Source: Podarcis cretensis
Taxonomy: Eukaryota
Length of the DNA stretch: 64,000 bases
Assembly (NCBI GenBank): GCA_951804945.1
Contig: OX638152.1
Span: forward strand, 42,222,001-42,286,000
Direction: 5' to 3'
A model generated the notes under the pieces. That model ran no database searches and was not told the DNA's origin. It saw only the letters and a program-made list of their open reading frames with translations. The position numbers and the translations under genes are program-made. Below, one piece after another: positions 1 through 10,960 of the stretch; the first letter of the stretch is position 1; each line of letters begins with the position of its first letter.

Positions 1-1229
1 CATGTTTGTGGAAATCCTCTCCTTGGGGATGTCCAAGGCATTTTGTTGTCTGAGGTGAAGGGCAAGATTTTTCCCTACCCCACCACCAATTTCATGTGCA
101 GAAGCTGGCAGGATTGGTTGTGGAATTGTCCTTCAGCAATGGAAATGGGACAGAGTCATTGACCACAGCTGAAGGCGGTAGGCTAGGTTAGGGGCACAGA
201 GCTAGTCACATGGCACCCACAGCTCTGCCTTCTGATACCTTGGCATTACTTCCCACCCTGCAGCATCTGTTGCCTGAGGCAACTTTCTCACTCTGCTTAA
301 TGGTAGGGCGGGCCCTGCTTCTCCCAGATAGTCTGATGATATCTGCAATATAAAAGTGAACCTCATTTCTTTTTTCTCCTTATAGGAGCTTATCCACTTT
401 TGGGGAATGAAGGCCACAGGCATGAAAAATCAATTCCTTCCAGCTTTCCAACTCATGCTAGGGTGGCTGTCTACAGGAGGGCTTACATTTTGCAAAGCTG
501 GGGTCATTAATCTGGGAAAATGTCTGAGCAAACATCAGTTATAAAATGCAAAACAGCAGCAGGAGTCTAGAAGTAAATCTGATCTATACTTTAAAGCTAT
601 TTCAAGCGGAAAAGCGGAAAAGTTGGCCCAGTCAGTGTGGCAGATCCATATTGGCTTTAGCATCTGTCTTGCTTTCAGGGGAAAAAAACAACCCATGACT
701 TTTTAGTGTGAGAATGCAACTACTTGGACATAAATTAAAGGAGTGACAGCCTAGCTGAAAGTATCTGCTTTGGTAGAGACAGTGCGTATAAAGTGTTCAG
801 TGTTTATGTCCTCTTTTATTTTCTACAGCGAGACTGAATCTTTAAATAAATATTTCGTAATCCAAGTTCAACATCCATCCTCTTAAGAGGCCGTCTTTTC
901 TCTTGATTTATGCTTCAAAGGAGCTTTAGGCTGGCTTTGCAAAGTCAGTGGGCTGTTCACAGATTCTAATAAACTTTGCCCACTCCTTTCCCCCAGGTCC
1001 CCAGGGCTGCCGGAGTATAAAGGAGAAGTTTTGTGATGGCAGCATAATAATCATCCAGACTTACCCTCTGTGCCGCTCTGGGCACTTTGCAACGTAGGAG
1101 CGCAGTTCTTGTGATGCATGGCGGCAGCTTCTTAATAATAACAATTCCCTACATGGAAATCAATCTGTACGTAAGAAATTATGGCAATGTGGTTATTGTT
1201 ATTATTATTATTATTAAAAATTTCTTTTC

Positions 1230-2090
1230 TGCTCCTCCTCTGGGAGGAATTGCAAACAACAAAATAGCAAATAAAAATAAAAATAAAATAAAATAAATTG
1301 AAGAACTTTTTAAAAAACAAACACCAATCATGCACACCTACAGCCAATAACTTCAAGGTTGCCAGGGTCAGTTTCAATCAACCATCAGATACCTGTGTGA
1401 ACAGGAATGTTTTTAAATTCCTCTTGAATGTTAATAATGAGGGAGGCAGACACACTTTACCATGGAGGGCTTCCTCTGTTGATTTAGTGCATGAGATGGT
1501 CAGTATTGAGGAAGCTTTTGATGTAGCTGGGCCCCAAGTCTTTTAGAACTTTGTATACTAGTACTAGCACCTTGGGATGTGGGTGGCGCTGTGGTCTAAA
1601 CCACAGAGCCTAGGACTTGCTGATCAGAAGGTCGGCGGTTCGAATCCCTGCGACGGGTTGAGCTCCTGTTGCTCGGTCCCTGCTCCTGCCCACCTAGCAG
1701 TTCAAAAGCATGTCAAAGTGCAAGTAGATAAATAGGTACCGCTCCGGCAGGAAGGTAAATGGCGTTTCCGTGTGCTGCTTAGTCATGCTGGCCACATGAA
1801 GTGGCTTAGTCATGCTGGCCACATGACCCGGAAGCTGTATGCCGGCTCCCTCGGCCAATAAAGCGAGATGAGTGCCGCAACCCCAGAGTCGGTCACGACT
1901 GGACCTAATGGTCAGGGGTCCCTTTACCTTTACTAGCACCTTGAATTGGGCCCAGTACTTGGCTGGCAGCCAGTGTAGCATTTTCAGGAATGGCAACAGA
2001 TGCTTGCTTTGGGCTGCCCCATTCACCAACCTAGCAGCCACGTTATGTGCGGTTTCTAGGCAGTCTTCAAGGGCAGTGCCACGATCCAGT
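1230..2090 (-). mobile_element. L2-type LINE 3' fragment, interrupted by a Sauria SINE
   Basis: Minus-strand translation NVAARLVNG...HLLPFLKMLHWLPAKYWAQFKVLV matches the L2 ORF2 C-terminal motif (NAAARL...LHWLP...FKVL). AT-rich simple-repeat tail near 1190-1300. Confidence 0.75.
1574..1930 (+). mobile_element. Sauria SINE, full length
   Basis: tRNA-like head (GGTGGCGCTGTGG A box, GGTTCGAATCC B box), (ACCTTT)n tail, 13-bp TSD TACTAGCACCTTG at 1562-1574 and 1931-1943. Confidence 0.93.
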
Positions 2091-2779
2091 AGTCCAGGCA
2101 AGTATGCAGGGCTGCCTTTGAGAACAGGCTAGAAACATAGGTGATCCAAAACTGAGCATTAAGACTGCTGACTGGATGACTTAATAATTTCATTCCTTTG
2201 CTTTACCTACTGCACCGGTCTCCAATCCATTTATAATTTCAAGTCAAGATTTTAACTGTTAAAGTTCTAAACAGCTTGGGACCAGGATTCTTGAAGTACC
2301 GTGTTCAGATGCCTTGATTTCGGTGCCCCACCAAGGTAAGGGATATGGGAAAAGTCCTTTTAACCATTGACACCCTGTTTATGAAACGTCCTCCCCAGAG
2401 CAGCTTATCTGCTGTGTTCCTTATCACCATTCCCACACCAAGAAAGCCCTTTTATTCTCTCAGCCTTTGTTTAAGCCGTGATTTACCATTTTCAGCCAGT
2501 ATTTATGTGCTGCCTAGTTTTTCAGTTATCTGGTTTTATTTTTCTTTCTGTTGCACATTTTTAGGTTGCAATTTTATGCCATTCTTGTTTTAACTGCATT
2601 TTAGCATTTTCTGTTTGTGATGTGCCGGAAGAGCAATGTTATTGGGTGGCCTTATATAACTAAATATAGTAAGGAAGTAAATATATAAAAATATATGAAG
2701 TGTGATAAAAGTGTTCTTCCTTTTGCAAGCACACAAGCTGGGAAGATGTTGCATGTACTCGATTAATTTCCATGGAGGT

Positions 2780-3235
2780 AATAGTAACACAAGAAATTGT
2801 CTGGCTGTGATTTAAATATGGCTCATTCCTCCTTAGGTAGTTCAGCCAGTTGGACACGTTCAGGAACCTTGCAATAATAATTGCACATAAATGCTAATAG
2901 GGTCTGAACTGACAGTGAATGACAAGGAAAGAGATCTTAGGATCAAGGTGAATGCTATGTTAGGGTTCATTAGGAGCAGGACTGAAAATAAAATTCTCAA
3001 TTTCACAATGCTCTTATATAAATATATGATGCACACACAATTGGAAGATTGTGTGAAGTTCTGGTTGTGGCCAAAATAAACACTGTAGAGCTGAATAAAA
3101 TCCAGAAAAAGGCAACCAAAACGATGGTGGGGCTGAAGCAACTAACTCTCTTATAATATCTGGAGCTTTTTAGTTTAGGACAAGATGAAAAACAAGGACA
3201 TGACAGAGGTTTTTAAAAGTATGCACAGTGGTGGA
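2780..3235 (+). mobile_element. CR1 LINE ORF2 fragment (degenerate)
   Basis: Translation KERDLRI...ANAMLGFIRSRTENK...LLYKYMMHTQLEDCVKFW resembles CR1 ERDLG...LYKxxVRPHLEYCVQFW. Confidence 0.8.
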
Positions 3236-3269
3236 GTATTGAATGTGATATGCCTCTGAACACAAGTTC

Positions 3270-3830
3270 ATTTATTTATTATTATATACAGCTATTTATA
3301 AAGAATATCAAAGTGGTTTACAAGGACAGTACATAAAGCCATACAATTAAATCCATATAAAACGTTAAAAACAGGCATCAGCTATTGTGGAAACGTACAT
3401 TCTAAATTGCCTACATAGTCCTGATGGAATAGAAAAGGTTCCAGCAGGAGCTTAAAAATTAAAACAGAAGGCGCCCGCTGAATCTTTGTTGGCAAGGGTG
3501 TTCCACAATATTGGGCTGATGACATGAAAGGATCTATTTCTCGTTGCTACCAGGCAAGTCTTGCCAGCTTGGAGAATGACCAGTGATGCTCCTGCAGAAG
3601 ATCTCAGAGACTGACTTGGGATATAAGGTTCAAGCTTTCCTTAAGGTACCCTGGACATAAGTAGTTCAGGGCTTCACAAATAAATACAAAGACCTTGAAC
3701 CTTGCTCAGTAGAGGATGAGCAGCCAGTGGCATCTGCTTAAACAATTGTGTCACATGTTCTTGCCAGATGCCCCCATCAGCAGTCTGGCCCACTGCATTT
3801 TGCACCAGATGGAGTTTCCGAACCAGGCCC
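3270..3830 (-). mobile_element. L2-type LINE 3' fragment
   Basis: Reverse complement of the LVQNA..RLL/HWL/RFKV coding region near 3690-3815; (ATTT)n tail at ~3270. Confidence 0.65.
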
Positions 3831-5160
3831 AAGGGCAGCTGTGGGGAACGTGTGTGGGGCGAGGGCTATTGTGCTCATATTCTGCTTGCAGGGTTCTGAT
3901 AGGCATCTGTTCTATAAAAGCAGAATGCTGGACTAGATAGGTCTTTGGTCTGATTCATCAGTGCTCCTTCACTACCTGGATACAGGTCATAGATCTAAAT
4001 GGACAGGGCATCACATTTGGGTCACCTTAGAGTGATGGGAGGCCACCGCAGATAGGAGTTGAGCTTGGCTGCTGTTCCAAAGTGGCACTGCTGCCCACTA
4101 CTGAAAAGCATCCAGAGGAAGGTGAATGATGAAGCCGCCAGGCTGGACCAGTATTGAGGCTCTCCAAGCCCCTGGAGCCCTCAGTCAGTGCCCAGCCTGG
4201 CTGACAGCTGGGGCCAGGCCTGCATCCAAAGAAAACTTAGGGGTGTGGGTGTTATGTTTCTCTGGGAAGCGCTTTGGGGATCCTGTTATTTTCTAAATTT
4301 CAGGGTCATAAACTGCAAGTGCACACACATATCCTTTCAGCTAATTCTTTATTCTGGACACTCTCCTGAGTTATGCCTGAAGTAACTCATTATCCTGGTG
4401 CAGAAAATGGGAGATTTCTTTGGGCCAGCAATTAACAAAGATGCTTGTGGAAATGTAACTAAATAAATCTGCTGCTGCAGCAACAAAACAATAAAACAGT
4501 ATTTAACTATCATACATGAAAGTCAAATTGGATACTCCCCATTGAAACAAACCATTGATCACACATTTACTGTGAACCTCATAAATAAATATGGTGGTGT
4601 TTTTTTAATGGGAAAAGGTACTTGACTGCTTTATGGGTTTTTTTAGGAAGTCTTTGACTTAAATCTGACACCTCAGATGAAAGCTTAAATTGCTACAAAA
4701 TGGAAATTGTGGGGGAAATGGCCTAAATCAATCGGTGTATCAGTCCATCAAAAATAAGGCAAGAATAAGCAACATGCAAATGGAGGACTTGAAGCATGCA
4801 AAAAGGAGCAAAACTGCAAAAGAAATCCCATCTCTTCACTAGCTATATCTGCATGATCTGTGAAACAGCCTCTGATTTCAGCATCTTTCAAATAAATGAG
4901 AGAGAAAAACACAATAGGCTTGATTTTTCACTGTTTAGTATCTGGAAAAGTAATTGACTTTTGTGTAAACTGAGTGCAGTGCCATTGTGTTGTAGCTATA
5001 AAGTACCTCTGTTTTACAGCTACATATCTATGAACTCTGAATATATCTAATAGTAGTTCAGATTACCTTTTGGTGCACCTTTTTCTGATGATGAAAAGAT
5101 TTGTGTGTTTTATGGATTTGAGGCTTATTTGTGGAAAGCGACAAATAATTTCTGCTAGTA

Positions 5161-5677
5161 CTATAGAATCATAGAATTGTAGAGTTGGAAGGGACCCTGA
5201 GGGTAATCTAGTCCAACCCTCTGCGATGCAGGAATCTCAACTAAAGCATGCGTGGCAGATGGCCATCCAACTTAAAAACCTCCAATGACTGCTGAACAGT
5301 TCTTACTGTCACAAAGTTCTTCCTGAGGTTTAGTCAGAATCTCCTTTCTTGTAACTTGAAGCTATTGGATCAAGTCCTACCCTCCAGAGCAGGAGAAAAC
5401 AAGTTTGCTCCATCTTCCATGTGACAACCATTCAAATATTTGAACTCCTCTTTTCCAGGTGAAACATACCTAGCTCCTTCACGTATTCCTCATAAGGCTT
5501 GATTTTCTGACTTTTTGATCATATTGGGTGGTTACAAATCCACCAAACAATTACCTCGTCCAACCTGCATTTTACCAGCTTCCTCACAAGAATATCATGG
5601 GGGACTTTCTCAAAAGCCTTATGAAATCAAGATACACTATGCCCACAGCATTCCCCTGATCCACCATGCTTTTAACA

Positions 5678-5712
<35 letters not shown>

Positions 5713-5885
5713 AGAGAGAGGTTTGTCTGGCATGACTTGTTTTTGAGAAATACAGTTGGGTCTTAGTAATCAAAGTATCATTTTCCTAGTGTTCACAGAC
5801 ATACTGAATTATCTGTTCTAGGACGTTTCTTGGTATCAATGCCAAGCTCATCAGTTGGTAGTTACCCAAGTCCTCCCCCCCCTTT
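5161..5885 (-). mobile_element. CR1 LINE 3' portion, internally deleted, containing a (CT)n(AT)n microsatellite
   Basis: ATAGAATCATAGAAT is the reverse complement of the CR1 (ATTCTATG)n tail. RT remnant EDLGNYQLMSL near 5845-5875. Confidence 0.88.
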
Positions 5886-6347
5886 ATTACTACTACTACT
5901 AGTAATAATAAGATGTTGGTAGTGCTGGCTGGTCAGGAACTGATGCAGCAATAGAGCAAAAGTTTTGTTTTCTGTGAAATTGGTAGGAAGAGTGTTCTGC
6001 TGCAGGTAGAGAAGAATAGCTGTTCTGCGGAAGGAGTATGTGTTAGCCAGTTTGCAGAGAAGGGCACAGAGTTTTGATGAACGAAACAGCATTTGCTTGG
6101 GGAGGAGTGGGAGGGCTGAGCAAGAACTACTATCCTCCAGAAGAGTGGTGTGACAAAACTCTAACATTACTCAGGGATGATCAGGCAAAATATAGACTGC
6201 AGTTGATGTTATGGCTAATTAACAAAGGGAGGTACATCCCTCTTGCTTAGGATTCAGCAGCCAGTGACGCAACGTTGCTTGCTGTGCAATGAGAGCCAAC
6301 CTTTGCGATGGAGGGAGCTGCCGAGCTGAGCACTAATGTGTAGAAAG

Positions 6348-6481
6348 CAGGAATAGCTAAGATGCCCTCTAGATGCTTTTGGACTCCAACTCCCATCAAC
6401 CCCAACCGGCATGGCCAATGGTCATGGCTGATGGGAGTTGTTGTCCAGCAGTATTTGTACGGCTCCTTGTTGGCCACCCTA
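6348..6481. mobile_element. Short palindromic MITE-like repeat (possibly hAT-derived)
   Basis: Internal inverted repeat GGACTCCAACTCCCATCA...TGATGGGAGTTGTTGTCC. The same family recurs at ~27195, ~27352, ~34522, 34641 and 41428. Confidence 0.65.
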
Positions 6482-6870
6482 GCACAGAAAGAAAGTTGAG
6501 ACTGAGAATAAAGAGCGAGTTTCTGCTATGTTCACAAACTTTGTATTTTCAGGAGAGCTGGGATTCCTTTTGAATTAAAATTTAATATTGGACTGTCTTG
6601 ACTTGACGCCCCCCCCCCCCATGACACTTCTGGGATTGCTGTGTGTGAGAGATAGTGATTTCCAATGTCCTAGGTTGTAATTTTATTTCCATGATGTCAC
6701 ATTGGAAGCGAATTCAGAGATTCCGCCGAAGGCAGAACATCCAAGTGAAACCAGGAAAACAATTTAAATAGGAGCAACAAAATTTCTCAAAGGGGATTTG
6801 CACATTCCTATCTGGATGTAAATTCCATATGCTTTCCCATCATATATCAAGATACCAGCACATTTAAGAC

Positions 6871-7106
6871 ATACCTTGGTTCTCGAACGTAATCCGTTCC
6901 AGAAGTCCATTTGACTTCCGAAATGTTCAAAAACCAAGGCACGGCTTCCGTTTGGTGCAGGTGCCCCGGAAACAATAGCCGACAGCTGCATCAGACGTTC
7001 GGCTTCTGGAAAAGATTCAAAAACCAGAACACTTACTTCTGGGTTTTCGGCATTTGGGAGCTGAAATGTTCGAGTACCAAGGCATTGGAGAACCAAGGTT
7101 TCACTG
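6871..7106. mobile_element. Tc1/mariner-pogo-type MITE, family B, left TIR tip eroded
   Basis: ATACCTTGGTTCTC ... GAGAACCAAGGTTTCACTG followed by TA; related to the 22016 copy in the opposite orientation. Confidence 0.75.
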
Positions 7107-7224
7107 TATTAGAATTACACACCCAAACTCTTGCCCATGAAGTAGCCACATAAAGCAGCAGTCCTCACCAACTTGGTATTGTCCATAAGTTTTGGAAAAT
7201 AGCTCGCATCAGCCAGCCCATTTG

Positions 7225-7525
7225 TTTTCCTAAACTGCCTGCAATTTTCAGGATCCCATCCCTGGATACCTTTTTAAAAACTGGACTTACATTGGCCACT
7301 TTTCTATCCTCAGGTATGGAGGCTAGTCTTAGGGACAAGTTATTTTTTTTTTATTGTTAGAAAACCAGCAGTTTTACATTTGAATTCTTTAAGAACTTTC
7401 AGGTGGATGCCATCTGCACCTGGTGATTTGATTGTTTCTATTTTGTCATTGCGGTCTAGAACTGCACCTCTTTTCACCACTGTTTGTCTCAGTTCCTCAG
7501 ACTTCGTTCCCGTGAAAGTTGTGTC
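7225..7525 (-). mobile_element. CR1 LINE ORF2 fragment
   Basis: KSPGADGIHLKVLKEF (CR1 KSPGPDGIHPRVLKEL) followed by remnants of ANVSPVFKK and DPENCRQ. Confidence 0.85.
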
Positions 7526-8669
7526 AGGTTCAGGGAACTGTAATTTAAAAAGTTTTAGAACATCCTGCCCCCACAATAAATCCTTACCCTCGAAATAACC
7601 AGGTAGAGAAGCCTTCAATGGCCATGCTGGCTGGAGCTGTAGTTCAAAACATCTGGAGGGCACCAGGATGGCAAAAATGAAATTAAGTTAGAAATGGCCC
7701 ACCAATGCTTGCTACACACAGAGAGATCTCACCTCCTTAATTATATGCATTGAGATCCATCTTTTAAATGTATGTGCCTCCATTTTTATCTTCCAAAGGC
7801 TAGCTCAGCTAACATGTAGGCAGTAGCATGCAGGTTTTGCCATAAAATGCCCTTGAAAACAGAAATATATTGAAATTGAATTCTTTTTTGGGCTGTGGTT
7901 TGTATTTTTACAGCAGTTCAGGGAAACAAGGAAGCAGTAACAATTATTTTCCAGATCACCCCAGGTGGTGTTAAACCAGCATACCTTTCCTTCATCAAAC
8001 CTGTGGATTAAAAATGAAACTCAAACAGCAAACAACCACCCACAGTAATTAGATCAACAGCATCAGTTGCCTGATCTGAAAAGCAAATAGCCTCGCCTAG
8101 AATTCAAGAATGTTTGAGGCTGTAGGCCAAAACCTACAACTCTCATTTATTGTGTGGTAAGAGGAGATCAATATCTAAACAGCTGAAGAGCATTGCATAA
8201 GGCAGTTATTATACCAATATATTTTATAACAAAGGAAAGCACAGTATCACACAATAGAGGACACACTCTTAACGTATATTGGCTCTGGGTCTGTTTTCAT
8301 AAATTCCTCATGAGGGTTCATAGCCCACCTTCTCATTCAAATAGAAAGAGCAATGACTCTAGCTTTTAGATGTAAAAAGTACCTTATTGTGGATTGTCAT
8401 TCCCAGTGGTTGTTAATGTTTATGATACTGGAGGTGTTTTGGAAGGCTTGTGAAGATGTGGTGGTAATAGAATTGACTTTCCTTAAATGGAGTGACATTT
8501 TGTCCATTACATTGATAACACTTGTAGATTAACACTTCGGTTTCATTTTTAAAAAAGACAGAGAATGTCATGGAGGCCACACTAGTAAAGAAACTAGACA
8601 ATAACTTTATTGTCTCTGTCCAAACAAAGAACAGCATTGGGATCCTCCTGATTCCACCCATACGCTGTA

Positions 8670-8895
8670 CAGTGGTACCTCGGGTTAAGTATTTAATTCA
8701 TTCCGGAGGTCCATTCTTAACCTGAAACTGTTCTTAACCTGAAGCACCACTTTAGCTAATGGGGCCTCCTGCTGCTGCCGTGCCGCTGGAGCACGATTTC
8801 TGTTCTCATCCTGAAGCATAGTTCTTAACCCGAGGTACTATTTCTGGGTTAGCGGAGTCTGTAACCTGAAGCGTATGTAACCCGAGGTACCACTG
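8670..8895. mobile_element. Tc1/mariner-pogo (Tigger-like) MITE, family A, 226 bp
   Basis: TIR CAGTGGTACCTCGGGTTA / TAACCCGAGGTACCACTG with TA on both flanks. Three more copies in the window. Confidence 0.9.
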
Positions 8896-9284
8896 TATCA
8901 AAGTCTAGTGCCACCTACTGACTTCACTGTATAATTACACTATCCACACTTAACCAGCAACTAATGGTTGACATTTAATTCCAATGTAGGAATTAAACAG
9001 AAATGGGGACAAGACAGAACTTCTCAGCATTCCTGGTGGCTGGTGACCATGGGACAGAATAGCAGTAACCCAGCACCACCTAATAAGACGACCAGTCCCA
9101 TCTTTCCAGATCATAACCCAGGAAGCCAGCCCGGAAGGATACTATAAGAGATAACATAAAGCACCACTGAAATATTGCGAGGCATGTTTGTGATTTGAGG
9201 AAAGGATTGCCTTTAAAAATCGAAGATGTTTCTTTCATCCCGGGAGGCCACTTTGGTGCTACTAACGCAGCGGTTTGACTTCAC

Positions 9285-10960
9285 CCCCGGAGGCGCACTC
9301 CATTGTCTCTCGAGACTGACGGATGCCAACACCTATGTGATCAAGGTCCTCCCCCCCCCTTTTCCCTGATAGGTGAGTGTCTTGCTGTGAAGAAATCAGT
9401 TTTATTGTTTTCCGTCTTCCATCGCCAGGGGAAGGGCTTTAAAGCCGTTAGAGCAAAAGGTGCGGAGGACCTTTCGCCGTTCTTGCTGCGACTGGGAAGC
9501 AGGTGGCGCCGAGAAACCTCCCTTTCTCAAGTGGGCAGTGCTTCCCGTGGAGTCTGCCTCTCGGACTAGTAAATCCCCAGCGTGTCCCATAATCCCATAT
9601 TGCCCAAACGCGGTCCCTGAAGCGGAGAAGCGGGGGGGGGGGGGCACTCGTGCGCCCAAAGACGTCCCCCATCTCCCATAGGACTTCCTTTCCCCATACA
9701 TTTCAACTAAATTTACTTTGCAAAGGAGCGTGCGTACGGAGCCAAGGCTGCAAACCTAACCCACGTTTCCTGGGAGCAAAACCCCGCCAGTCTGACTCCG
9801 GAGTCAGCATACTTTAGGATTGCGCTGCGAGCCATAAAACCCTCCGCGCGACGCTGACAGGAGAGACAGGACCCTTCGCCCCTCTCACTTCCAACGTGTG
9901 GGACTATTTCGGGCTACTCGATTTTCCCCTTTGAGCCTCTTTGCGCGCTTTATCCGCCTGAGCGGCCAACTTCCTCCCTCCCTCCCCGCCTTCTTTCTTC
10001 TTCCCGCCTGGTTTGAAGGGCTTCGCTTTCTAGTTGCCGGCACTTTGTTTCGGGATCCCAGCGCCGAGACGGAGAGTGGAAGGGGCGGGATTTGGCGGCG
10101 GGCGCCGCGCACTGACCGAGAGCGCGCGCCGGGTGCGGGGCGTGCCGAGCGAGGTGCGGAGGTTGCTTGGTTGTAAATGCAATGGAACTAGTGGATGGCT
10201 TCCCTCGGCCGGGCTGAGGCGGCGCGGGGAATCCCTCGGCAGCGCCGTCGGAGGACAAGCCGCTGCTGCCGGCTGGCGGGGAGCGCAGCCGCTTCACCTC
10301 CTCCTCCTCCTCCTCCTCCCCTTTAAGGGGGTGGGGGCCGGGCCGGCCTTCCCTCGGCACCTGTGGGAGGGGGAGCGGGGCGGGGGCAGGGAAAGTTTGT
10401 CCCTGTGGTTGGCTGCGCGGCCGGGCTGAGGAGGGGGACGGCGGCGACGGCGGAGACTGAGGCGGGCGGCTCCCTCGCTCCTGCCGGCTCCCAGGGCAAG
10501 CAAGCCAGCCAGCGGGGAAGAGGCGGGCGAGGGCTGCTCGCTGCTCTGCCTCGCGCTCGGGTTATTGCTTTGTGGCCCCACCCCCTGTTAAGGCTCCACT
10601 TTAGCTGAGGGTCTGCTGGCTCGCTGACCGACTTGGGGGGCTCCGGCTGGCTGGCTCTCGGCGCGCTTCTTGCCCGCCCCCAATTCTGGACGCAGAGGCA
10701 TGGGGCACCGAGGGGAGGACGCGCCCCTTCTGCTGCTGCTCCTGTCGCTATTTGGTGAGTCCTTGGAACCTGGGGAGAGAGAGGGGTGGTGGGAAAAAGA
10801 GGGGTGGGAGGTGCGGGTGGGGGTGGGGGGCGAGAGCAAGGGAGGGAGACACTAGACGATGTGAGGGCGATCTTAGCGCGACTCGGGTGGTGGGGATCCT
10901 GACCTGACCTGGCTTTTGGATACGCGGCGTTCCTTATTCGCATGTAGCTCTGTTGCGGGA
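9285..10960. promoter_or_regulatory. CpG island / promoter and 5' UTR of PTGFRN
   Basis: Abrupt rise in GC and CpG density against a CpG-depleted background. GC boxes (GGGGCGGG near 10082 and 10377). No ATG between ~10200 and the start codon at 10700. The TSS cannot be placed from sequence alone. Confidence 0.9.
10700..10754 (+). CDS. PTGFRN: PTGFRN coding exon 1 (signal peptide MGHRGEDAPLLLLLLSLF, phase-1 end)
   Basis: Strong Kozak context ggcATGG, Leu-rich hydrophobic core, donor G|GTGAGT at 10754/10755. Splices in frame to exon 2 (...SLF-V-SCHGRIVKVP), matching the known PTGFRN N-terminus pattern (LLLALLSLALCRGRVVRVP, recalled for human). Confidence 0.92.

Noticed and set aside
1574-1660. 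tRNA-like A/B boxes (also at the other SINE heads)
   Set aside because: SINE heads continuing into the SINE body and tail with TSDs; not tRNA genes.
1694-2101. 135-aa minus-strand ORF, and similar HVASMTKP-containing ORFs at 13154, 20844 and 28597
   Set aside because: Chimeric read-through of an L2 remnant into an antisense Sauria SINE; the shared peptide is simply SINE sequence.
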